A stretch of 64,000 nucleotides of DNA from Escherichia phage KarlGJung. The translations under genes were made by a program, and so were the position numbers. How positions within the stretch are numbered: the stretch's first letter is position 1; every line of letters starts with the position of its first letter. This document shows positions 56,946 to 64,000 of this stretch, piece after piece. The notes under the pieces were generated by a model, which saw nothing but the letters and a program-made list of their open reading frames with translations, had not been told where the DNA came from and did no database searches. Location: sequence record MZ501089; one strand, 5' to 3'.

Positions 56946-57947
56946 TTACTTAATTAACTGTAAAGCTTGTTCAAGACGATCCAGGCGATTAACAGATTCT
57001 TCCCAAATCCTTTTAGCCTGCTCATATTCTTTCTGTGCTTTATTAGAAATTTCTAGAACTTCTTTATAAGCTTTTTCTAGTGCAATAACTTCTGGACGAA
57101 TTTCTACCGGTTCAGGTGAATCGTCAAGATTATCCATTAGTTCCTCAAGGGTAGTTTCTTCTTTAGGAGTATTCACAATTTCATCACATTTTTGTTGATA
57201 AATTTCTTTATCAGTAGGTGAGTACGCGCACTTTACTTCACGAAGACTAATTACAATTTTATATCCTTCCCAACCACCCATATTTTTGAAAGGATATGTA
57301 TGAATACTTTTTACAGTTTCCATACAATCCAAAGCCGTCTCTAATTGATGAGTTATAGTGCTAGCAATTGAGAAAAATTTATTAATATTCTTTTGGTTAG
57401 CTTCTGGTGTAAAAAATTCGTAATTCACAAAAACAGCTACTTTATTTTTATCAAGCTCATATTCTTTTACGATAATCATATCAGAAGCCAAAGGATGAAT
57501 TTGACGATAATCGCCATAACATAATTTAGAAGCTGATTTTAGAATTTGTCCTTTAAAAAGTCTGAAATTACTAATCCAACGACGAGTAAAAATATTCTTA
57601 GGGTCTTCTTTGATATTAAGATGATAAGAATTAACATCACCGAACCAATTGTATCCTATTACACCTTTAGTTCGTTTAATTTCTTTCCCAAAATTACCAA
57701 GAATATCCCGATTAACCAAATATGAAAGAAGACGAGACCCTTTAAAGATTATCTTAATATCATCTTTATCTACACGGCTAGAAATTTCACGAACTTCATG
57801 AATAAATTTACTGGAAGAAACAATACTTGCATCAATACTGCTGAGCCATTGATTGATAATAGAAAGAACAGCGTTCTGACTAGACATGGGTTTAACTTTA
57901 TCATCAATAACGCTATTGAATGATTTGATATATTCGTTACGAGTCAT
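56946..57947 (-). CDS. Paralog-family protein B (about 333 aa)
   Basis: Track ORF 56946..57977 trimmed to ATG with SD GAGGAG; tail SPEPVEIRPEVIALEKAYKEVLEISNKAQKEYEQAKRIWEESVNRLDRLEQALQLIK. Confidence 0.5.
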   Translation of the reverse strand: MTRNEYIKSFNSVIDDKVKPMSSQNAVLSIINQWLSSIDASIVSSSKFIHEVREISSRVDKDDIKIIFKGSRLLSYLVNRDILGNFGKEIKRTKGVIGYNWFGDVNSYHLNIKEDPKNIFTRRWISNFRLFKGQILKSASKLCYGDYRQIHPLASDMIIVKEYELDKNKVAVFVNYEFFTPEANQKNINKFFSIASTITHQLETALDCMETVKSIHTYPFKNMGGWEGYKIVISLREVKCAYSPTDKEIYQQKCDEIVNTPKEETTLEELMDNLDDSPEPVEIRPEVIALEKAYKEVLEISNKAQKEYEQAKRIWEESVNRLDRLEQALQLIK

Positions 57948-57975
57948 ATTAATCTCCTCAGTAGAAAGTAAGAAC

Positions 57976-58005
57976 ATTATACCACATCCTTGTGGTAAAG
58001 TAAAC
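57976..58005 (-). promoter_or_regulatory. Early promoter (GTTTAC-N18-TATAAT) with spacer hairpin
   Basis: gtaaac 58000-58005, attata 57976-57981; spacer accacatccttgtggt. Confidence 0.5.
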
Positions 58006-59024
58006 TAGTTTAGTGCGTTTAGTGCGTTGTTCAGTTTAGAACGTTGCTTCGTGAGATTTTTGACTTTTTCTTGTGCTTTTTCTAGCATCTTTTCAGCTTC
58101 TAACACTTCATTGGTCGCTTTAACGAGTTCATCATCTACTGCCTTAAGGGACTTCTCAATCGCATCCGCGTGCCATTTTTCAACAGGTTTAAGACTCGGA
58201 TTTTCAATAGGAAGAAAATTCACTTTATTGAATTTCCATGCATCCTTATTACCTGAGCTATACATCCAAAATTTAGGATCGTTTGATGAGCAATTAGATA
58301 AATTTAAGTTATCTTGCACTTCCTGCTTTTTCTCTTGCGGGACTTCATCCTTTCTCAAAAAATCGTATTTAAATGAAACGATCATATCAAGTTCATACGT
58401 TGTTGTATGTTCCCAATTTCGCTCAAAATGAGGTAAAATCTTAGACTGAACAGCGGCAACAACATCCATATACTTAAATGCTTCTGTCAACTGTGATTTA
58501 AGGCATTCACAAATTGAAAGAGAATTTTTTGTATTAGGTTTAAAGCTAATTCGTGCAGTTCTATTATTTTCTTTTAATGGTCTTACTTCCATCTGAAGAG
58601 TATAACCATCAAATTTCAGGTTCTTTAAGTTAATGTCAGAACCTTTTAATCGACTAGCCGTCGACAAAATTTGCTTTAATTGTTTACGGAATAGAGCAAT
58701 AAATCTCCATTCAAGACGGTAATGATTTGGATTAAAAAATCCTGTTGATAAATCAACCTTACTCTGACCAACGCCTTGAACAAATAGAGGATTTTTATAA
58801 TCAATAGTTTTACAGAAATCGGTGAGCTGTTCGCGAGCAGTCATTTGCGTAATATATCCAGCTTTATCAAAATGTCGCAGCCATTCACTGCTATTCATAT
58901 ACTTAAAGTGAATGGAACTATTAACTCTATCAGGGTCTAAATTATTTTGGCACAAAAATGTCATAACATTACGGGTATAGCTGGCATTACGAACCATATC
59001 TTCAATTTGAGAACGAGTTTTCAT
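58005..59024 (-). CDS. Paralog-family protein C (339 aa)
   Basis: Track ORF; tail SLKPVEKWHADAIEKSLKAVDDELVKATNEVLEAEKMLEKAQEKVKNLTKQRSKLNNALNALN. Confidence 0.5.
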   Translation of the reverse strand: MKTRSQIEDMVRNASYTRNVMTFLCQNNLDPDRVNSSIHFKYMNSSEWLRHFDKAGYITQMTAREQLTDFCKTIDYKNPLFVQGVGQSKVDLSTGFFNPNHYRLEWRFIALFRKQLKQILSTASRLKGSDINLKNLKFDGYTLQMEVRPLKENNRTARISFKPNTKNSLSICECLKSQLTEAFKYMDVVAAVQSKILPHFERNWEHTTTYELDMIVSFKYDFLRKDEVPQEKKQEVQDNLNLSNCSSNDPKFWMYSSGNKDAWKFNKVNFLPIENPSLKPVEKWHADAIEKSLKAVDDELVKATNEVLEAEKMLEKAQEKVKNLTKQRSKLNNALNALN

Positions 59025-59032
59025 AGTGTTCC

Positions 59033-59935
59033 TTAAGATTTAAGTAAATCAACAATTTTAATTAATTTTTCACGCTCAGATTTAGCTTTACTACTCAATC
59101 CAGATAGTCTGAAAATTTCATCGTCATACTGTTGAATAGAAATATTTAGCTCTTCAATTTGCTTATTAAAATAATCAATTTGCTCAGAATGTTTTTCATT
59201 ACTGCGAACTGGTACAGGTTTTGTAGGCAATTTAGTTAAACTGGATTCATCCGGGCGATAAATTAAAATACAACTTGAACCAATCGGGCATTTAGCACCA
59301 GACACATATTCTAATGTTCCGGCTTCTTTTAAAACTTCAAAAGCTAAACAGAGATGATGCCCCATATTAACATAATCTGTAGAGCGAGCTCTGACGTAAT
59401 AATCATCGCCGCGAATACTAAATTTAAAGCATTTAAGGTCTTCTGTATTATTGGTCTTAAAAATCATTTGTTTATCTAGACCTTTAGCTAATCGAGCGCC
59501 TAATGCTAATAATCGTCGTTGATTTTCCCACAAATCTGCGATCATTTGGTCAAATGATAATTTCGGCATTAGTCGACCATAAAGGTCATATCCTTTATTA
59601 TAATTGCGAAGAATTTCACTTGCATTAATACGAGACAATGCTCCAATTTTATTAAGGGCTTTCATAATGCGATTAGATAAACCCATTCCAGACCCGTTTG
59701 TTCGCTGTAAATGTTTTTCTAATCCAAATCCAATATCAACTTTAAATTTATCTAAAATTTCAGCATGAACATCTCTGTCAATAACATTCAAATCCAAAGT
59801 TGGGTTAAATCTATGAAAAAATTTATCTGGCTCTCCACGACGAAGTACAGTCCATTCATTCAATTTTTTATTAACTAAAGATTTAATTACTGCATTGACA
59901 TTATTAATTACTACTGACATATTTTCCTCACTCAA
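59033..59935 (-). CDS. Paralog-family protein D (300 aa)
   Basis: Track ORF; tail PTKPVPVRSNEKHSEQIDYFNKQIEELNISIQQYDDEIFRLSGLSSKAKSEREKLIKIVDLLKS. Confidence 0.5.
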   Translation of the reverse strand: MSEENMSVVINNVNAVIKSLVNKKLNEWTVLRRGEPDKFFHRFNPTLDLNVIDRDVHAEILDKFKVDIGFGLEKHLQRTNGSGMGLSNRIMKALNKIGALSRINASEILRNYNKGYDLYGRLMPKLSFDQMIADLWENQRRLLALGARLAKGLDKQMIFKTNNTEDLKCFKFSIRGDDYYVRARSTDYVNMGHHLCLAFEVLKEAGTLEYVSGAKCPIGSSCILIYRPDESSLTKLPTKPVPVRSNEKHSEQIDYFNKQIEELNISIQQYDDEIFRLSGLSSKAKSEREKLIKIVDLLKS

Positions 59936-59947
59936 TTTTCAATTTTA

Positions 59948-60337
59948 CTAAATACGCAGAATATGATGGAAAAGACTAATATAAGCACCGCATACAGATT
60001 GAACTAATACCATTCCAAAGAACCAAACAATATTATCAAACAATGTCTGTTTTACGTCGAAAGGACGTAAACTTACAGTAATATTATCACCTTTTTCTAT
60101 TGAAGAATACATCTCCGGTGAAATATATTCGCTAAATCTATAACCGTCATTTAGTTCATATACGGCAATAAACGATAAACTAGACCCCTTTCCTTGAGTT
60201 CCTGTAAAGGTATTAACTACAGTAACATCATAATCTTTATAATGCATATAATCATTAATTGCGTAATAACCATATGCAATTACTATACATAAACAACATA
60301 TCAATAAATTCAATCTTTTAATTATCAACTGTTTCAT
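59948..60337 (-). CDS. Membrane-anchored protein, 129 aa
   Basis: N-terminal TM LLICCLCIVIAYGYYAI and C-terminal hydrophobic segment. Confidence 0.45.
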   Translation of the reverse strand: MKQLIIKRLNLLICCLCIVIAYGYYAINDYMHYKDYDVTVVNTFTGTQGKGSSLSFIAVYELNDGYRFSEYISPEMYSSIEKGDNITVSLRPFDVKQTLFDNIVWFFGMVLVQSVCGAYISLFHHILRI

Positions 60338-60392
60338 AATAATCTCAATTAAAAGGGCTTAGAACCATTATACCATCCTTGGTATAAAGCGG

Positions 60393-60920
60393 TTATGCGA
60401 GTACCGTCTTTAACCGTTCTTCAAACTTCCGAAGAGTATTCTGGCGTTCGGCTCTTTGCTTTTTGTAAGTTTCAATACGCTCTGAAATGAGAGTGTATCG
60501 TTCATTTACTGATTCTTTCATAAAATCAGGAATTTCACGAGAAGCTTTAATCTCATTAAATTTATCAATAACAGCTTGCTCTTCAGCAATTAAGTTATCA
60601 TACATCAAAATATCTTTCTTGATGAACTCAATATCTTCTTGAGTTACACGAGATAACTTAGATGCTTTATCCTTTTTGTACTGTTCATTAGTATCACGAG
60701 ACCAGTGTAATGTACGATTTTTATTCGTATTCTTATAAATTTCTACAATACCAATCTCATCAATAATAACGATCCAATTCCAACGGGATTTGTAAATTTG
60801 TCCTCCATCAACTGTGATTTCACCTCCGATTGAGATGTCATTAAAGAACTTGCTTTGTGCTTCAGATTTAAATTTACCATCGTTGTAATTTACCAAGTTG
60901 AAAATATCTTTAGCGTTCAT
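60393..60920 (-). CDS. Hypothetical protein, 175 aa, with coiled-coil C-terminus
   Basis: Track ORF; ATG start; SD GGAGG. Confidence 0.45.
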   Translation of the reverse strand: MNAKDIFNLVNYNDGKFKSEAQSKFFNDISIGGEITVDGGQIYKSRWNWIVIIDEIGIVEIYKNTNKNRTLHWSRDTNEQYKKDKASKLSRVTQEDIEFIKKDILMYDNLIAEEQAVIDKFNEIKASREIPDFMKESVNERYTLISERIETYKKQRAERQNTLRKFEERLKTVLA

Positions 60921-60948
60921 TTTCTGTTCCTCCGTAGTTGATAGTTGT

Positions 60949-60978
60949 ATAATACCACAGAGGAACAGTCTTGTAAAC
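60949..60978 (-). promoter_or_regulatory. Early promoter (GTTTAC-N18-TATTAT)
   Basis: gtaaac 60973-60978, ataata 60949-60954. Confidence 0.5.
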
Positions 60979-60980
60979 CA

Positions 60981-61295
60981 CTAAAAGAAACTTCTTTCAC
61001 AATTTTTTCCACTGAACCAAGCGCTCACTGCTTTCTTAGTCTCAGGAGCAGTGTTATCCATAAACCATTCAAAGGCAGCCTTTTTATGATTCTGGAGGGC
61101 TTCTCGGGCTTTAATCTGTTCACGGTCTATTAACACTAACATATGAGCCTTTCTTGTCACCAAGGGCTTCTTATGATTTTTTGAATACTCCCAATCATTT
61201 GTCCATCGCATCGTTGTTGCGAACTGAAATACTGCTTCTTTAATTTTAGTTTCGTAAATTTCACGAGCCTTTGAGTATAACATCATTACCTCCAT
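60981..61295 (-). CDS. Hypothetical protein, 104 aa
   Basis: Track ORF; ATG start. Confidence 0.4.
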   Translation of the reverse strand: MEVMMLYSKAREIYETKIKEAVFQFATTMRWTNDWEYSKNHKKPLVTRKAHMLVLIDREQIKAREALQNHKKAAFEWFMDNTAPETKKAVSAWFSGKNCERSFF

Positions 61296-61384
61296 TTACC
61301 AGTTTAATTCTAGTCATCTTTTTGATGGCAGTCCATATAATCTATTTCTGAACTGCCTTTTTATCTTAGAAGGCCTCTTATGAA

Positions 61385-62353
61385 TTATTTCAGAAGAGTA
61401 ACCTCAGCGATTTCTTCCCAACCGTTTTTGTCGGTCATAATAAAGTCAGCAAGATAAAGAGCAGTACGCAGTGAAACATTGCGTAAACGATTAACATTGA
61501 CTTTCATCCATGATAATGCTTTATAAGTTTCTTCATCAGAAAGACCACGCTTTTGCATCATGTCAGTTGAAAGAATAACATCTTCAACCCTGACCATAAT
61601 TTCTTCATTAGTGTGAACACCCAAATCCAAATAAACTGAGCGGGACACTAATGCTTGTAAATGTGGAGCAAGTTTAGTACCACGGTCTAATTCGCGGTCA
61701 ATGTCAACGTTTGTGATAAAAACAATCGTTCCTTTAAATTCAAACTCACGCTCAATGCCTTTTTCTTCTAAGTAAGAAGATGCGGTGCTCCAGCAGACTT
61801 TACGGGTCTCTCCAGTGTCCAGAGCAGCTTTCAGAAGATTAAGAATGTCCATATCAGAGAAAACATCCACATCATCAATCAAAAGGACAGAATTCTCTTC
61901 ACGATTATTCCAAAGCTGCTCATAAAGACCAATACCAGAGATTTTACCATTAATGCTTTTATATTCAATGTATCCAATATCATTTGCTTTATTTAAAGCT
62001 TTATCTAAAGAATACGTTTTACCAATACCTGCTGCACCAGAGATAATTAATGAACGAATGTTTCCGTTAATAATACCATTCGTCATCATTCCCATAACAT
62101 TAAATCTTTTATTAATGCGGGTTTTCATATCTTCATACGATTCTTTAACTTCTTCAACTTTTACACCATCATATGAAATGTCTGATTTGTAAACCCAAAC
62201 ACCGCGACGTTTACCGTCAATTTCAACAAAAACTTTACCATCTCCTTGTGCATCTACCGGAGCATTATCTGGGAACCATTCGCCTAAGAGCTCAAAAGTT
62301 CCAGAGATTTCTTTACCGAAGTAGATACCCTTATTGATAGTTACAGTTTTCAT
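61385..62353 (-). CDS. P-loop NTPase (AAA-like), about 322 aa
   Basis: Track ORF 61385..62365 (TTG) trimmed to ATG; Walker A GAAGIGKT, Walker B VLLIDDVD. Confidence 0.55.
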   Translation of the reverse strand: MKTVTINKGIYFGKEISGTFELLGEWFPDNAPVDAQGDGKVFVEIDGKRRGVWVYKSDISYDGVKVEEVKESYEDMKTRINKRFNVMGMMTNGIINGNIRSLIISGAAGIGKTYSLDKALNKANDIGYIEYKSINGKISGIGLYEQLWNNREENSVLLIDDVDVFSDMDILNLLKAALDTGETRKVCWSTASSYLEEKGIEREFEFKGTIVFITNVDIDRELDRGTKLAPHLQALVSRSVYLDLGVHTNEEIMVRVEDVILSTDMMQKRGLSDEETYKALSWMKVNVNRLRNVSLRTALYLADFIMTDKNGWEEIAEVTLLK

Positions 62354-62387
62354 TTTATTCTCCAAATCCGTATCAGTTGATAGTTGT

Positions 62388-62417
62388 ATAGTACCATAAA
62401 GCTTTATGCTTGTAAAC
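62388..62417 (-). promoter_or_regulatory. Early promoter (GTTTAC-N18-TACTAT)
   Basis: gtaaac 62412-62417, atagta 62388-62393. Confidence 0.55.
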
Positions 62418-62446
62418 AGTTTTGTGAAAAATTTTTGAAATAAAAA

Positions 62447-62466
62447 AGGGAGCCCGAAGGCTCCCT
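62447..62466 (-). terminator. Intrinsic terminator (UUCG hairpin plus U-run)
   Basis: agggagcc-cgaa-ggctccct; mRNA continues tttttatttc. Confidence 0.6.
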
Positions 62467-62467
62467 A

Positions 62468-63481
62468 TCATTTATAATAACTTCGGTGGTTTTCAAGATA
62501 GACCTTCTCAAGGAAGTCATCCCAGAAACTCATGTCTACTGTTTTAGGCATACCATTCTTAGAAGCTTCAGTAGATGCTGCTTCTACTTGATCGACCACA
62601 TCTTCCAAAAACTCTTGAACTGTTTTAAATGGATGTTTACCCAACTTCACGTCGAGAATAAATGGAGCATCTTGGAGTGGATAAATCAAGTCGCCAGTTT
62701 TGTAAATTTCCAATAGTTGAAGTCCACCACGACAAGCATGACTTAGTGCTTTCCAATCAATACCTTCATTAGCTTCGGCCTTACGAGCACGTTCACCATA
62801 TTCAGCATCTAATTTGTTCAGTGACTGCTTAAGCTCAATAAGAGAAAGCGTTGTCTGATATTTACGACCCAACACTGTGTAAAACGTCTGTGGGCCTGTT
62901 TTCTCATGATTATGGAACACCCATTCACAGAATTCGTTTTCTGGAAGACGATGCTTAATATCTTCAACTTTAGTACGACGCTGCTTAATGGAACCGTCTT
63001 CTTGGTAATCAACCCATTGCTCAGGGATTTGATTAACTACTTTCAATACATCACGTAATGCAGCCAAACGAGAACCCTTGACACCGTATTTAGAAGCTTG
63101 CTTGCGGACATATCCTAAATAGGATTTCATGTTAGTCGTATAAAAACGAGAACGGTTGTCTTGAATAAACTTCCACACATCAGGCAAATCAGATTTAACC
63201 ACTAGTTCAGGTGGAGTGTGAAGCATATCCAATGCTACAGTTTCACCATCTGCTGCTAATTTAAAGAAATATTTAAGACTGTATAGTTCATGGTCAATAT
63301 CATCTTTAGTGTTTTTAGATGATGTGTTGTTAGTGTTTTTACTCATGTGCTCTTTGACATTTCCGACAAGAATATCGCGAGCAGGAGGAACAAAGATTTC
63401 TTTAAAATCTACATCAGATTCTGGGGTAGAAGTTCCATAAAGATGACTACCAAAATAGCTTTTCATTACTGTTTTCATCAT
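62468..63481 (-). CDS. Predicted pol-beta-superfamily nucleotidyltransferase, 337 aa
   Basis: N-terminal YFGSHLYGTSTPESDVDF (G-S ... D-x-D signature). Confidence 0.5.
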   Translation of the reverse strand: MMKTVMKSYFGSHLYGTSTPESDVDFKEIFVPPARDILVGNVKEHMSKNTNNTSSKNTKDDIDHELYSLKYFFKLAADGETVALDMLHTPPELVVKSDLPDVWKFIQDNRSRFYTTNMKSYLGYVRKQASKYGVKGSRLAALRDVLKVVNQIPEQWVDYQEDGSIKQRRTKVEDIKHRLPENEFCEWVFHNHEKTGPQTFYTVLGRKYQTTLSLIELKQSLNKLDAEYGERARKAEANEGIDWKALSHACRGGLQLLEIYKTGDLIYPLQDAPFILDVKLGKHPFKTVQEFLEDVVDQVEAASTEASKNGMPKTVDMSFWDDFLEKVYLENHRSYYK

Positions 63482-63939
63482 TCAGCCTTATATTCAATAA
63501 CAGGACATACTTTAGCTTTACGAGCTTTTAAAAATTCAACGATAATCGATTTCTTGGGTTGAATAGGAGGTAAACCTTTATTTTTCCTATCAATGTTTTC
63601 TACGTGTAAAGCATAATCCTTTTTCCATTTATAATCTTTATATTTTTCACGCAAATGTACAGGAATAACAAATGAACCAATAATAAGTAAAATAAGCAAA
63701 ATGGCAAGTATAAATGCTGATGGAATAAGAGTCCATAAACTACCAAAAATAAGCCATTTCTGTATGATTTCTGCACAGATAATAGTTAGACCTGCGAGTA
63801 TAGTACATCCGAAAAAAGAAACGAAAAATGTAGGGATAACAATAGACCAAAAGTATGCACACAGTGTCTTAGGTCGTTTCCATTCGTCGTTAAACAGTTT
63901 GAATAATTTATAGTGCCAAGAGTTTTCATTAATAATCAT
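63478..63939 (-). CDS. Multi-pass membrane protein, 153 aa
   Basis: Track ORF; hydrophobic segments FWSIVIPTFFVSFFGCTILAGLTIICA and LIPSAFILAILLILLIIGSFVIPV. Confidence 0.45.
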   Translation of the reverse strand: MIINENSWHYKLFKLFNDEWKRPKTLCAYFWSIVIPTFFVSFFGCTILAGLTIICAEIIQKWLIFGSLWTLIPSAFILAILLILLIIGSFVIPVHLREKYKDYKWKKDYALHVENIDRKNKGLPPIQPKKSIIVEFLKARKAKVCPVIEYKAE

Positions 63940-64000
63940 AATTATCCTTTCATTGAAGGTGTAACAGTTGTTAAATACTTAATCATAGCTTCAGCTTCTG

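Overview
This window is a 64 kb segment of a T-even (T4-like, Tequatrovirus-type) phage genome. It opens with the late, plus-strand tail-fibre/lysis block (gp37 C-terminus, a T2/T6-type glycine-rich gp38 adhesin, holin t). The rest is an almost uninterrupted minus-strand early/middle region recognised by near-identity to T4 proteins, in T4 order: asiA, arn-like, motA, 52, stp, ndd, denB, rIIB, rIIA, 39, motB, dexA, dda, modA/modB, soc, 56, dam, 61, sp, dmd, 41, 40, uvsX, a glycosyltransferase, 42, imm, 43, regA, 62, 44, 45, rpbA, 46, 47, agt, 55, nrdH/G/D, 49, nrdC, then a block of uncharacterised nrdC-distal genes. Lineage markers point to T2/T6 rather than T4: gp39 is one contiguous 605 aa ORF (no gene 60 split), nrdD has no intron, no homing-endonuclease ORF was recognised, and a GT-A-type glycosyltransferase sits where T4 has beta-gt. 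Regulatory architecture is readable directly: many early promoters (GTTTAC-N18-TAnnAT), UUCG-tetraloop hairpins between genes, a TATAAATA late promoter for soc, and frequent ATGA/TAATG stop-start overlaps. The best candidates for something undescribed are (1) a tandem array of four 300-343 aa paralogs sharing a C-terminal PVE-plus-coiled-coil module behind unrelated N-terminal domains (55964-59935), (2) the adjacent P-loop NTPase plus pol-beta-type nucleotidyltransferase pair (61385-63481), (3) the GT-A glycosyltransferase (33593-34435), and (4) several small membrane or zinc-ribbon ORFs, some below the 60 aa cutoff of the ORF track. All identifications rest on reading the sequence and recalled T4 biology; no database search was run. 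Hypothetical ORFs are listed with track coordinates, and where the track ORF begins at a GTG/TTG or an upstream in-frame Met, the start was moved to the internal ATG with a Shine-Dalgarno.
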